Origin: Octopus vulgaris | Lineage: Eukaryota | Assembly (NCBI GenBank): GCA_951406725.2 | Contig: OX597818.1 | Location: 114,452,001-114,516,000 of the forward strand | Length of the DNA stretch: 64,000 bases | Direction: 5' to 3' | In this document: one piece after another, positions 12,664 to 28,210 of the stretch | How the letters are laid out: every line of letters starts with the position of its first letter | Numbering within the stretch: the first letter of the stretch is position 1 | Translations under genes and position numbers: made by a program | The notes under the pieces: generated by a model | The model's input: the letters and a program-made list of their open reading frames with translations, nothing else | Told to the model about the DNA's origin: nothing | Database searches by the model: none

Positions 12664-13053
12664 TTTTCTCTTTCTCTTTCACTTGTTTCAGTCATCTGAC
12701 TGCGGCCATGCTGGAGCACCGTCTTTAGTCTAGCAAATCCACCCAGGACTTATTCTTTGTAAGCCTAGTGCTTATTCTATCGGTATCTTTTATCGAACCG
12801 CTAAGTTACACCAGCATCGATTGTCAAGCGATGTTTTTTTTTTTTGGGGGGGGGGACATAGACACACAAACATATACACACACATACTTATATATATACG
12901 TATATATACGACGGGCTTCTTTCAGTTTCCGTCCAGCAAATCCACTCACAAAGCTATAGTAGAAGACACTTGCCCAAATATGCCATGCAGCGGGAATGAT
13001 CCCGGAACCATGTGGTTGGTGTGCAAGCTACTTACCACACAGCCACTCCTGCC
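12664..13053 (-). mobile_element. SINE family A copy
   Basis: Reverse complement of 7620-8012, with internal deletions. Confidence 0.85.
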
Positions 13054-13430
13054 CCTATATGTCTACTAAAACAGAAAATTTCATTCGAAATAGCACTCTG
13101 GCCTGTCGATCATATCCTCTATCTTCGCAATATTCACCTGCACACTTCCTTTTCCTCTTACTACATCCATTATCCGCTATTTAAAAATATTAAGGCTGAC
13201 CTTTAATCTTACATGTAATTTTATACAGGTTTTATTTGTTTTTTTCTTATACATAATTCATAAGAACAGTGCGCAGGCTTAATCGTTATAGACGCTGATA
13301 AAATGACATGCAGCAATACTACTTGTTTATGTACAAAAATGAGATCTTGTCGAGCTTTACTTAGCTGGTCTCTCTTGCTGGATCGATAAAATAAAATACG
13401 AATCAAGAACTGAGGATGATTTAGTCGGCT

Positions 13431-13510
13431 AAATTTCTCCAAATTTCTCCAAATTTCTCTAAATTTCTCCAAATTTCTCCAAATTTCTCCAAATTTCTCT
13501 AAATTTCTGC
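13431..13510 (+). repeat. Tandem decamer (AAATTTCTCY) x8
   Basis: Directly visible in the sequence. Confidence 0.95.
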
Positions 13511-13673
13511 GTGCTTCAGAAACAACTCTATACAAGTCACGTATGAGCTTATTGCTTTAATACATTACCTTCACAGCTATTTCATATTAGACATATTTAC
13601 ACGCTGTTCGTCGTAAACCCTTCATTATGCATACGTTTAGATGTGTGAGTGTGTGTGTCTGCGCGATGTGTGA

Positions 13674-13715
<42 letters not shown>

Positions 13716-13748
13716 TTGTGTGTGTGTGTGTGTGTGTATGTGTGTGTG

Positions 13749-13783
<35 letters not shown>

Positions 13784-14559
13784 GCGTGTTTGTGTGTGTG
13801 TCTGTACTACAAAGTAGCTGGCTTTGGGTATAAGAAAATTCAGGCGGATCAGTTAATTATGATTTTCTTCAACATATTCTCCCTCTCAGATTCACACACG
13901 CATATTGCATCCGACCTTCAGCTTTTCTGATCCCTGTAAAAGAAGTCGGAAGGTTGAACTTCCAGCCAGGCCTTTCAGGAGACCATTAAAGCCAGGAGCT
14001 TTCAGCACCCCGTCGTATATGCGTATGTATGTATATATGTATAGACGTGTATGTGTGTGTTCGTGACAAAGAGAGAGTTTATTTGTTAAATTACTTTTAA
14101 ACCAACTCAGTACCTTACGGGTTTACACCCAAATCATTTCAAAGTTATATTTACATCTTATTTCTATTATTCCGCCGTCTACCTTCTACATACATTGACC
14201 ATGTGCCATTTGATGACCATTAAAATTCTTAGGCCTTTGGAGGAGAGGTGAGATGTTTCTTGATCATAAAGGATCTACGGTAATACTTCAAAGTAGGAGT
14301 TCATTTGTTTATACGAGTTAATTTGTTCCCAGAGACCGCCTGTAAAGCGAAAACTCCCAAAGCAGAGCAATAATTTCTCATAGTAGCAATGAAATTTTAT
14401 GCCGTCTTTTTACTCTGCCGCTGTGTAAGACACGTCAGAACCAGTGTTGCTACTTGTTACGACGTTGCCACACACACACAACATGGCTGTTTAACCTATT
14501 ATATTTATCACATAATAAAACTCGTACACACGGGGTCTCGTAAAACGGGTCCTCGTAAA

Positions 14560-15060
14560 GTACCTATTAGGTACCTGTTTCATCACATACAACGAGACTG
14601 GAACAAAATTTCGTACAACGAAACTGGAAAAAAAATCTCGTATCTGTTATTGGTTTCCAACAGATCTGAGCACACCTCCATACCCACCTTCAAACCGCTT
14701 CAAATTTTGCGTCAACTGCCAAATCACCCGCACCGCACTCACTTTCCGATATCCAAAATTTTATATCATTGCTAATCACACTACAGTTGTGCAACGAGGT
14801 CAAGGATTGTGACTCATCCTTTCACAAGAATCGATTTATTCACTCATTGACGATTCATGTCAGCGGTAGCAGCTGGTGATCTCCTGCTGCCTGTTTTGTC
14901 TGCCTTGCTGGCTTCTCCTTCTGTAAACTTCTTCATTCGTCTGTGTCCATTGCTCTCAGCAATGAATCGTCTCCGTGAACAACCTGTAGCATTTTGTGGA
15001 CGACATTTTGTGTGCCTGGTCATCAATCATGGCGGCACGTTACTATTGCTTGGAAACTAT
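14560..15060 (-). mobile_element. Highly degenerate mariner-type transposase remnant
   Basis: MKKFTEGEASKADKTGSRRSPAATADMNRQ resembles the mariner HTH linker (F.EG..S..D..RSGRP). Confidence 0.5.
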
Positions 15061-16100
15061 CATGTAGAAGAGTAAGTGGCAAATAGAAGAAGAATTACTC
15101 AACCAGCATGAGCAATATGAACGACTCTTGTTACGCCCATGTTTTCATTGATTTCGGCAAAACCTACGTAAATATGGGTGTGTGCCTCTATACATACATA
15201 CATACATACATACATACATACATACATACATACATACATACATACATAGATACATACATACATATGATTGTTTATGAGTATATTTATAAATCCCAAAGTA
15301 TTCTTTTTCCGAATGATTCATTAGGTAACTCATGCACACAAATAATCGACGTATAAACGTGCGTTTGATGTGGCATAAATAACACACAGCATTCAAGAGT
15401 AATAGTTTACGAACGTGCGCGTACCTATATAAGTGATTATGCACAGGTGTGTGTATACGTATGCACAGGTGTGTGTATATGTTTGAAGTATTGTTACTGA
15501 TAAGCTATCAGCAAAACAGCAAGTTATAGGTTAACACCCATACAGGCTCATAATCAACGGGACGAATTGGTAAAGACATACCGTGACATGATCGGAACAG
15601 TGCTTCAGTTTTCTGCGCAGTGATTTCAATTCCAGTCAAGGTCAGCTTTATCATTCCAGGAACCTATAAATAAAATGACAAACAAAAGTGGTAGATTAGC
15701 AAAGTTGATAAGGCATTGGTCGAGATATCTTTCTTTTCTTCCCGTTTCTTTTCTTTTTTGTCTTTCCTTTTTTCGTTCCAATGGCATAACGACATAATAC
15801 TGTTGTCTGTCTATATCGATCAACTCGTCTCTTCTTGGACAACATCGGTGGCACAAAAAAGAGACTTCTATACGTGCGTGACTTCGGGATTTCTTCACAC
15901 GAGTGTGGTGATGTCACTTAGCGGTTCGGCAAAAGAGACCGATAGAATAAGTACTGGGCTTACAAAGAATAAGTCCCGGGGTCGATTTGCTCGACTAAAG
16001 GCGGTGCTCCAGCATGGCCGCAGTCAAATGACTGAAACAAGTAAAAGAGTAAAAGAGTAAAGAGAGTATACACACAGTAACACACATGCAGAAATATACG

Positions 16101-16154
<54 letters not shown>

Positions 16155-16412
16155 AAGGCACACACACACGCACACTCACAAGTAAGCACATAAGTGCATT
16201 ATAAGATGGAAGAAATAGTACTCGGATACCAAAGGTAAAGTGTTATTTTATTAAAGCCGTAAAACTTCCGAGTAACCGCATGTGAAGTTTCCTTAGGTCT
16301 TAATAGTGTGTGTGTGTGTTTATATATATATATATTAATATATATCAATGTATATATATATCTATGTATGTATATATACAGAGAAGGATAGCTAGATGGA
16401 TAGATGTATTGC

Positions 16413-16644
16413 ACTTTTACTCTTTACTCTTTTACTTGTTTCAGTCATGTGACTGTGGCCATGCTACAGCACCGCCTTAATCGAGCAAATCGACTCCAGG
16501 ACTTATTCTTAGTAAGCCTAGTACTTATTATATCGGTATCTTTTGCCGAACCGCTATGTTACGGGGACGTTAACGCACCATCATCGGTTGTCAAGCGAAT
16601 TTTTTTTTGGGGGGGGGACACAAAAACACATACACACACACATA

Positions 16645-16711
<67 letters not shown>

Positions 16712-16771
16712 ATATATATATATATACATATATATACATGCATATATATATACATACACACACACACACAT

Positions 16772-16814
<43 letters not shown>

Positions 16815-16998
16815 TATATATATATATATATATATACGACGGGCTTCTTTCAGTTTGCGTCTACCTAATCGACTCACAAGGTTTTGGTCGGCCCGAGGCT
16901 ATAGTAGAAGACACTTGCTCAAAGTGCCACGCAGTGGGACTGAACCCGGAACCATGTGCCTGAGAAGCAAGCTACTTACCACATAGCCACTCCTACGC
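16413..16998 (-). mobile_element. SINE family A copy with an expanded internal microsatellite (partial plus-strand copy at 15910-16065)
   Basis: Similar to the other family A copies. Confidence 0.85.
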
Positions 16999-18739
16999 TA
17001 TTAAGAGTACAACATACATATATGGTTTGCTATTCAGTAGACATATGCTGTAGTCGTATAATTTCAGGCTGGAGAGAACAGTTTTCAACTGTCACAAATG
17101 AAGTACTGTGGCCATTAACCGAATATTTATGTTAATGAACGAGATATTAATAATACATTATATATTTCCACTAATTCAAAACCAAACAGAAGTGTTTATT
17201 CACCGTGTTGTTGACATCATAAATATTTATATCCTTCGAGGGAGTATGAATTAATTATTATTCTTATTAGAGCAGTGTATCTCGAAGTAAGGAGAACTAT
17301 AATTTGTCGCATCTATGTATTGAGTAAAAATTCCTTTGGATAGAAATTATCGAAGGCTGCCCATGAGTCACGAACTCACACTCCCTGTATACCCACAGGG
17401 TTTTAAAACCAATATTTACAGACTATCATTTACAGTTCTGTTTGCTTCAATGTATAGTGTTCTAAATGAAAAATTGTTGGATCTTCTACATTCTACAAGT
17501 GTCCGAAGTTTGAAAGTGTTTAGTTACAAAAAATTATTTTTAAAATCTGTCGGTCAAAAGATAAAGATCCAAATTGTTCAGTGTAAGACAATAGTTGAAT
17601 TCTCTTCACCACAACTGTGTATTTCGCATCTATGAAACGTGATCTTTAACGTTTATTACCGAATGCAAATAGAAATTTCATCTAATGTATTTGTCAATTT
17701 GGCCTTTAATTCTTTGCCTCATTCATTGGCACAGAATCTATTGTTGCATTGAATCACCCGTTGTTGTTTTACCCTCGAAATCTCTGTCCAATCACCTTAT
17801 GGAAATATGGTTTCCATCAGGTGAATAGCAGAATCGGTGGAGTGTCAAGAAATTAGGCAGATTTAATGGACTATTTTCTACCTGCAAATGTTTAACTGTA
17901 TGCCTACATCAGAAATCATTACGTTTCGGATCCGGATGACGGACGGCAGAACTAGTCGCTTAGTCTCTTAATAATCGACATTCGAATTCTGCGGGATTGC
18001 TTTTTTACTTTTCATTTTTTTCGGTCAATATACTAAAATACCATAAATCTTTAGTTAAATATATTCAATGAGAATATTATATACTGAATTTATAATGAGT
18101 GCTCTATTGTATCAAAGTATTAATACTACTAAAGTATTTATATATTTAATACGAGCGATATATACATATATATATTTTTAAATAATATATTATCATTATT
18201 AATAAAAGGAAATCAATATCAAAACTCCTCAGAAACATATACACGTGTGAAAATAGTTGTTGTATTAAAAATATATAAATGAATAAATATAGATATGTAT
18301 AAGAATATATGTAAATATATGTAAGTATAATATATAATGTATATGACAGTTTAGAAGTTTTGAATTAATTATTTAAAGCATCTTACGATCGATTCAGTGA
18401 TATACCGGGGTAAACATATGGGATTATATTCAACCCGCAAATTTGTAACATTTTGGCAATGCTCGAAAGCATGTTGACCTTACCAAATCTTGCTCAAATC
18501 ACAGAAAACCAAGTTAAGTAGTGAAGAAAGTGTCGGATGATATTGTTTTTGACACTGTGTCCAAAAGCAAAGAGATGGATGTTAGTAATGCTTTGATCTT
18601 GAGGATGAGCTGAGTTCAAACAACAGCAGCCGCAATAACAACAACAACAACAGCGATGACGACGACGACGACAACGACGACGGGATAATAGTCACACAAA
18701 CACCAACCAATGAACATTTGATAAAAGTTCTTTCCGTAT

Positions 18740-19045
18740 CACATTCCACAGTGGTTACTGATCGCAGTAAAGGGAGTGACTTATCATAAACACATTTCTA
18801 GAAATTTGTATAATACCTTTATTGTATTTTTACCTTTATTTTTTATTATCAAATACAACAGATAAAGGATATAAATATTTTGTGTATATACAAAAAAAAA
18901 ACAAAACATTTATATCATTTATCTGTTGTATGCGATAATAAAAAATAAAGGTAAAAATACAAAAAAGAGCGTTCTACAAATATCTAGAAATTTGTTTATG
19001 ATAAGTTACTCCTTTTACTGTAACCAGTAACCACTGTGGAATGTG
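18740..19045. mobile_element. Imperfect ~305-bp fold-back element (MITE-like)
   Basis: cacattccacagtggttactg ... cagtaaccactgtggaatgtg; complementarity continues to the centre at ~18892. Confidence 0.8.
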
Positions 19046-19091
19046 GATATACAAGGGGTGCGAGTCACGAACTCACACCCCCTGTATATCC

Positions 19092-19222
19092 ACGAATATG
19101 GAGAACTTGTAAGTGGCCAAGGGAATGGAAGAGGTCAGTTTTCATCCCAATACAAAAGAAAAGAGACACCAAGGACTGCGCAAACTACCGTACCCTCACC
19201 CTGATCCCTCATGTAAGCAAAG
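19092..19222 (+). mobile_element. RTE/BovB-like reverse transcriptase fragment
   Basis: IWRTCKWPREWKRSVFIPIQKKRDTKDCANYRTLTLIPHVSK is the typical start of the RT domain. Confidence 0.85.
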
Positions 19223-20378
19223 CGGGTCTGAACCCGGAACCATGTGGTTCGTAAGTAAGCGAACTTAACACACAGCCACTCCTACGCTTCTGATAGGTTC
19301 CTATGGAGGAAATGCATGAAAACTCTACCCCAACAACCCTTTCGAGTTTAGTGGGTGGAAAAGGTGGATGGATGTATTTTTATTGTTATTCCTTGACAAC
19401 ATAAAATCAGCAGTTTTAAAATTGGGTGTTTCTTTTATTAACCTGCTACAATTTAAATCATATGTATTTAGTAATTTCTTAATTCGGTGACAGATGATTA
19501 ATACACGGTTTTACTTCTGACATGGAAAGTAAAACTCACAAAATATTATTAATGGATTATAACAAATACGGTCGCATGGTTATATTTTCTTCATTACTCA
19601 AGAATATTTCAGTGATGCATATTTCGTGGGACATCAGATATAAATCAGAGTTGAAATGAATTAAAATTCAGGTACACCAGCGATTTTCCGGATGCTGAAG
19701 GTCCGGAACCTCTTTCAATCAACATAATTTACATTAATGGACATATTTCTGTATTTCATTTATTTTAGTAAATTTAATATTTGTTTAATTGTTGACAATC
19801 CCTGGATCGGAAAAAAACCCAGTTATCCGAAAAGGCAACTGAATTACAAAATGTTCGCGAAACTCGACGTTTAAGGGTTTTCGGTGCCACAATAGCTACT
19901 AGCCGCATCAGAGTCCGTCAGGAGAATATGTCGGTCTAAATTACCCGTTTCATATTTTCCACTCCAACGGCTGACTTTTTACTTTCACTAACTTCAATTA
20001 TATTTCAATGATAATTAGATAAGTTTGATATGTTTCGGCCAAAGATTAGCCAAGGCCATGTCTAACTTAATAGCCCCACCTAAATGATGACGATGGCATT
20101 CCATATATTATCCATAGAAACCTGAGAATTCCTCTCTAATTGAATGGACGCAAGTTAATAAGATGCATCTACTTCCTAAATTGCTCAGCTTAGACATTTA
20201 TATTTAACGTAATACATTGCGTAATTGATTCACACGCATATGACGTAAATATCACCAGGTATAAAACCATGTGTCAAGGCTAAATACACTACCGTCATGA
20301 TAGCGTTTTCACTCAAATATACATGTATCTGGTGCATGTATATATACATATATGCATATACACACCTATATAAGTTCC

Positions 20379-20731
<353 letters not shown>

Positions 20732-20881
20732 ATATAAATAAATATATTTAAAGGGAATAATTAATTAAATTAATAAATTTTCCCTTATGAGGCTTTTCAC
20801 GCTAACTACTTGATAATTTTATCCTATTTTTAAATTATATATATATATATATATATATATACATACATACATATATTTATA

Positions 20882-21439
<558 letters not shown>

Positions 21440-22775
21440 GCGTGTGTGTGTGTGTGTGTGTGTGTATAGGCATTTGATTCGGGAGACATGGAGAAAATGT
21501 GTGAAGGACGCGTAGGCAGAGGGCTATGAAGCAATTACTCCATCCTAAAACAGTGAAGGAAATTCCTGGTAAATCAAAGGAAATTGAAATAAAAAAACAT
21601 TAACAATATTCAAATCATCAATGATGAAAAATCAATTTCTGATTAATGATCAACCTTAATTCTTGGTAAAACAATCTCCTTAAATTCTTATTGCATCCTC
21701 GGAATACACGAATTAATGTCTCGTTATTTATTCTCCGCGTTAGCTTTGACGTTACACTCTTGTCTCGGACCTTTATATCTCTTCCATGTTCAGCTTTTTT
21801 GTAAAAATATGTGTATGTCCTCTGTCAATTGACAGTATGTAAAGTCGATCCCTGCTGTATTGACCACTCTCTCTCTTCCTCTGTCTGTCTGTCTATGTCT
21901 ACCTCTGTCTCTTTCTCTCTCTCTCCAGTGCGTGATCTGTCCTTATTAGGCTTGTACATCTGAATTGCGTTCAATAAATCTCATCATGGAAAACCAAAAA
22001 AAAAAAAACAGAAAAAAAAGCACGCCAAGAGTTTAATCACCAAAACTTTAATTGTGCAGATAATCAAAGCAGCTCCTTCGTGTCTAAAGATGATGAAGAT
22101 AAGTGGTACAGCCTCCAGCAGCCATGTAAATCGATCCTGGATGCCGCTTGCGCTTAGTAGAATCAGTTTGCGTGATCCGATCCATCACTTTGGACTTGGA
22201 TGTCTCAACACAGTGGCTCAGCGGGTAAGGACGGCTGGGATGAACAAAAAGCTGTAGGTTTTACAGTGGCGTGGCTTTCTTTCTCCTTCGTTTCAGAGTT
22301 GTAGAGATCCACCAGCTCTGGAGTTGTTCAGGGTTCAAAAACAGAAAGGGAAACAAAAGCATGCGACTTTTTATAAGTGTTCGACGGTGACTTTATATTA
22401 TTCCATGAAAAATTGCAGCAGTACATAAATGAATAATTAAATAACGTGTTACATGCTCCAAAGACAGAAAAAGGAACGGCAACGATAACATTACTTTATC
22501 GTTAAACGAGACACAATTTTCAAAACTATTGTCGAAGCAATTTTGTAAGATTTGACGGTAAGCATATCGCAAATATTTTATTTTTTAATTATTCTATTCT
22601 TTTATACTGTCATTTGACTGCGGCCATGCTGGGGCACCTCCTTAAGTCGAGCAAATCGACCCCAGGACTTATTCTTTTTAAGCCTAGTACTTATTCTATC
22701 AGTATCTTTTGCCGATACAAGGACGTAAACACATCAACATCGGTTGCCAAGCGTTGGTGGGGCAACAGCCAAAGA

Positions 22776-23265
22776 GTGGAGGCGGAATGGCCCAGTGGCT
22801 TGGGCAGCGGACTCGCGGTCGTAAGAACGCGGTTTCGATTCCCAGACCGGGTATTGGGAGTGTTTATTGAGTAAAAACACCAAAGCTCCACAAGGCTCCG
22901 GCGGGGGTGAGGGTGAACCCCGCTGTACTCTTTCACCACATTACACTCTCACTCTTTCTTCCTACTTCTGTCACAAAGCAGAGGAACCATGGTGTAACCC
23001 ACTATGGTGTGGTAAACTTTCAGACCCTAGTCTAGATTGCGAATCCTCTGTACCCCAGGATGGTTCAACTCTACACCCGTTAAAAGCCACCGTTTACGGA
23101 ATGAGGATAACAACGTAGCTTTAGCACCCGTGCAACCGCCAGTCTATCGCGTGTGGTGGGTGGATCTTCAAGTTGCCACACGCATTCTTAGTAGCTTAAG
23201 GTAGGTTCGAATTAGAGATTACTCTTTGTGGCTAATGGCGTGAGTACTAATTGGAAGAAGCAGAA
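22776..23265 (+). mobile_element. tRNA-derived SINE (family C head, different tail ending in (GAA)n); second copy 36089-36815
   Basis: Two near-identical copies; the head is shared with 20882-21179. Confidence 0.8.
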
Positions 23266-23289
23266 GACAGCCACTGATGCAGAAACATA

Positions 23290-23902
23290 TACGGAGTTGA
23301 TCAATAAGTATCCGGACTATTACCATAGTAACGAAGCTAAAGTGCTCAAAGTAAAGCCGCTTAGCACAGAATAAACTTGAACTCTGCTGTGCATGCGCAC
23401 TAAGTTTAACGTTCTAGCTCACTTCCGCTCTTTACAGCAGTGCTTGGAAAGAACGTGGGTAGCGTGCGATCGTCACATTGATTATGACATAGGAAGCTAA
23501 GCCGAGAATCTGCATGAAATTTTGCTAAAAGCTTGGTGATACCTGCTCAGAGGCCTACGCAAAGTTTTCAAAAGCTTTTCATCGTTCTCGACACAATCAA
23601 GAAGATCCTGTGCAACTGAAACCCGAGTGTCTTTTCGGTCAGCGGAAAGCAGTTTTAGCACGAACTTGGCAGACATCTGTCTCATACACAAATCTTCATT
23701 GATAATGGACCGAACTGAACCGTAACTAAGCTGCACAACCTCTGATAACTCACGGATGGTGATTCGACCTCCCCCACAAACACAGTTGCGATGTTTTACT
23801 CAGTTCTGCTGGTTGCGGATCTCCCAAAACGTTCGTTAATATCGACATTTTTCGGCCATCCTGGAAACACCTGTACCACCGGTATACGTGTGTGCAGCTC
23901 AT
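23290..23902. mobile_element. Mariner-like DNA transposon remnant with an internal inversion
   Basis: TIR-like ta..tgatcaataagtatccggac (also at ~54510). Plus strand gives the N-terminus RICMKFC*KLGDTCSEAYAK. Minus strand gives the continuation MSCTHVYRWYRCFQDG...RITIRELSEVVQLSYGSVRSIINEDLCMRQMSAKFV. Confidence 0.8.
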
Positions 23903-24503
23903 GTTGGAAAAGGATATGAACATTATACAATCTTAAGGTTGTCTCTTACAAAAGTCTGCCGTTGCCTTTAATTAAAAGGATATAATTTTTGATTTCGAGG
24001 AATAAAAGATGTAATTCAAAATAAAATGCTCCGAAGTAGAGTTTTATGCATTTAACAGGGACGCCTAAGCTATAAGAAAACTTATTTCTAATATTTAAGT
24101 AAATGATCAATTAATTCACTCCTTTGTTCAGTAATTAAGAGTTTACAAAACCCAATCATTGCCGTCTAAATGAACACATTACGTAGCGCTGTGTTACAAA
24201 GTTATTCCACCAGATTTGTTTTAGTTATTAAACCGTGGCCATGCTGGAGGGCAGTCTTGAAGAATCGACCACAGTACTGATTTTTGTTTAAACTTGGTAC
24301 TTAATCTAAAGGCCGCATTTTCCATTTGCCAAACCACTAAGTTAGAAGGATGTAAACACACCAACACCGGTTGTCAAGCGGTGATGGGGACAAACACTGG
24401 CACAAAGACACACATATATATACCTTTATCAATTTATCTATCATATATATATATATATGTACATATGTATGTATGAATGTATGTGCATATGTATGTATGT
24501 ATG

Positions 24504-24537
<34 letters not shown>

Positions 24538-24769
24538 TGTATGTATGTATGTATGTATGTGAACAGCAATGATGATACCGGTTTGACTTTGAATCTCTTT
24601 AACAATTCAAAATAATGAATTTAATACCTCTTAATTCTACTTCAGTTCATCTAATTGTATTTATCTATCGCTACTTTTCATTAAAAAAAAAAGCCTTTAT
24701 ATTTTTGATATTCAATGTGCATTTTCGATTGTTTTTTCTTCTTAACTTCCCTATATCTGTTCCACGTGT

Positions 24770-24990
24770 AGCTAAACATAGAGAGGACAAACAAACAAGA
24801 ACAGACAAACGGATTAAGTCGATTATATCGACCCCAGTGCGTAACTGGTACTGAATTTATCGGCCCCGAAAGGATGAAAGGCAAAGTCGACCTCGGCGGA
24901 ATTTGATCTCAGAACGTAAGAGCAGACGAAATACGGCTACGCATTTCGATCGGCGTGCTAACGTTTCTTTCTGCCTGCTCGCCGCCTTAA
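24770..24990 (-). mobile_element. SINE family B copy (others: 28840-28970 -, 38810-39030 +, 59670-59900 -, 60145-60363 +, 61895-62105 +)
   Basis: tRNA-like head ggcggcgagctggcagaa..ttagc..gagttcaaattcc plus a Meta-like core. Confidence 0.85.
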
Positions 24991-25599
24991 AAACACCGAA
25001 ATAATATTCAAACTTGTTTACAGTTGTTTCTCATATCAGCCGGATACGTGCAAGTGAATAACTTCAGCTTTTAATGTTCTTTTTTAATGTCTCGCACGTT
25101 TGTTTGAACGCCTCTTTGTTATTTCGTGTTCTCGAGCTCCCGCAATAGCCAGACGCTTATTGGTGTGAAGGATATAGGCCAGTGCTTTTTGTTATCGTCG
25201 CCTTTTGTTGGTTTTCTTGTGTAACCTGAACTAAATTTGTTTTCAGCTTCCATAAACGGTGGGAGCGGGGAGAAAGCAAAGCAATAATAAGTACTATAAC
25301 ACAGCCGTAAGATCTTTGTTTGCCGAATCCTAATTCACCTTTCTTATTACAACAGCATTTCTTTATCTCACCTCCTACTCCCTTCTATGACTTCACACAA
25401 TGAATGTCCTACCTGTCCACATATTTCTCTCTTCTCCTACTCATTCCAATGCCTCTTTCCTCACTCACGCACTTGTATTTTAAATACACTGTTTTGCAGT
25501 GAACCATCAAACCTTTATTCGCACGACTGGCCCGTTATAAATACTAGGCAAATTTCCCTTAGATCATAATCCACTGCCTCCAAAAAAGAAAAAAATAAT

Positions 25600-25767
25600 A
25601 TAGGAGCGGCTGTGTGGTAAGCAGGTTGCGTACCAACCACATGGTTCCGGGTTCAGTCCCATCTTGGGCAAGTGCCTTCTACTATAGCCTCTGGCCTACT
25701 AAGGCCTTGTGAGTGGATTTTTGGTAGACGCAAACTGAAAGAAGCCCTTTGTGTGTGTATATATTTA

Positions 25768-25809
<42 letters not shown>

Positions 25810-26046
25810 CGTGTGTGTGTCTTTGTGTGTGTGCGTGTGTGTCTGTGTCTGTGTTCCCCTCCCTCCCCCAACATCGCTTGACAACCGATACTGGTGTGTT
25901 TACGTCCCCGTAACTTGGCGGTTCGGCAAAAGACTGATAGAATAAGTAGTAGGTTTACAAAGAATAAGTCCTGGGATCGATTTGCTCGACTAAAAGCGGT
26001 GCTCCAGCATGGCCACAGTCAAATGACTGAAACGAGTAAAAGAAAA
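25600..26046 (+). mobile_element. SINE family A copy (others: 33404-33868 +, 58325-58675 -, fragments 22610-22760, 41815-42300, 63480-63590)
   Basis: Similar to the other family A copies. Confidence 0.85.
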
Positions 26047-26176
26047 GGCACCATATTCCATGGAGACGAGAAAAAAGTCACGGTTAGAAGTTCGTTCAGA
26101 TTGGATAGATTTGATTGAGTAGTCACGCCAATCAAACACAGAGCTGGTGGGAGAGGGAAATTATACACACGCGCAA

Positions 26177-26210
<34 letters not shown>

Positions 26211-26438
26211 AGCAATGTATACATATGGGCGTGTGAGTGTATATATACAAATATTAATGCATATATGTATGTTTGCATGTATGTGTGTGAATATGTATAT
26301 ATGTGTGTGTATATTTTTCTATTTTCTCTCTCATCCTCAGTCTTTTTCTCTCCCCGCCATCTCTCTCTATATATATATGTACATATATTCACGCACACAT
26401 ACATACATACATATATATATATAGATATATATATATAA

Positions 26439-26534
<96 letters not shown>

Positions 26535-26678
26535 ATATACTGCTGTATTATTTAGGTCCTTTTCTCACAAATTAGAATTAGCTTGTATTTAAAGTTTGAA
26601 CATTTGTATATACGCTTGTGGACACGTTGTGTTCGTATGGGTATTTATAAATGTTTATAATTATTTACGTTGAGTTAT

Positions 26679-26735
26679 ACCAAACTGAAGACGATGAAAG
26701 GTGTTACATCCCTAAACTAGAAATCGATCTTTGGT
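26679..26735 (+). ncRNA. Type I hammerhead-like motif
   Basis: accaaa-CTGAAGA-cgatg..catc..-GAAAT cg ATC-tttggt: 6-bp stem I, palindromic stem III, AUC triplet; stem II is imperfect. Confidence 0.65.
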
Positions 26736-27068
26736 TAAACCATTATAAAAATAAATCCTTTTGCTCATTTCTCTCACTTTGAACACAATGTGGTGAATAA
26801 TGTACTTAGAGCCGTGTGGTGCTACTTATTCGTGCCCTTACTACAATTATCTATGTATGTATGTATGTATGTATGTATGTATGTATGTATGTATGTATGT
26901 ATGTATGTATGTATGTATGTATGTATGTCTGTCTGTCTGTATGTATGTATGTATGTATGTATGTATGTATGTATGTATGTATGTATGTATGTATGTATAT
27001 GACCGCGTGTGTACCGTTGGCGATTTTTTTCCTCTGTCTTCCCTTCTCTGGATCTTTCCTTCTCCTAT

Positions 27069-27103
27069 GTTTCCGACGAAGAGCTCCGCTCGAAACGTTA
27101 AAC
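27069..27103 (+). ncRNA. Minimal hammerhead variant (core CCGACGA) within a ~27000-27210 repeat
   Basis: gttt-CCGACGA-a-gagc tcc gctc-GAAAC GTT-aaac. Confidence 0.65.
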
Positions 27104-27216
27104 CCTCTTTGTTTCCTTCTTTCTCGAGCGTCCAATAATACTATATTTGTGTTCCACGTCCTCGCGTTGTTGTGTTTTTTTTGTGCTTTCAAGTTTGGAT
27201 TAACTTTATATATATT

Positions 27217-27265
<49 letters not shown>

Positions 27266-27589
27266 ACACTGACCAGCCCTCACATACATATACTATGTTT
27301 AATAACGTACCTAACGCGAGAAGAGTAGAAAAGAATAGATTAGTCGATATAGCTGAAGTATACGATGGAATGAGTGAGGACTGGTAGTTAGTAGAAACTG
27401 GGGGAAAGGTATTCGCTGGCGCTTTTTTCGTTTTTTTTTTTTTTCGTTTCGCAGTGACGATATTTTAATGTTCAGGACAGGAAAATGACGTCGTATTATG
27501 TGGACCGTCACATTTAAGGCAGCAAAAAGCTGTAGAGATACAGTTGTTGAATCTTTGAGACGAAGATGAGCACCAGGAACAAGCAAGGA

Positions 27590-28210
<621 letters not shown>

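Noticed and set aside
13431-13510. Short tandem repeat or recurring SINE blocks as a CRISPR array
   Set aside because: There are no unique spacers and no cas genes, and the context is eukaryotic.
18740-19045. Member of the HHR palindrome class
   Set aside because: It has no HHR core, no (TA)n flanks and no one-sided tail; an ordinary fold-back MITE is more likely.
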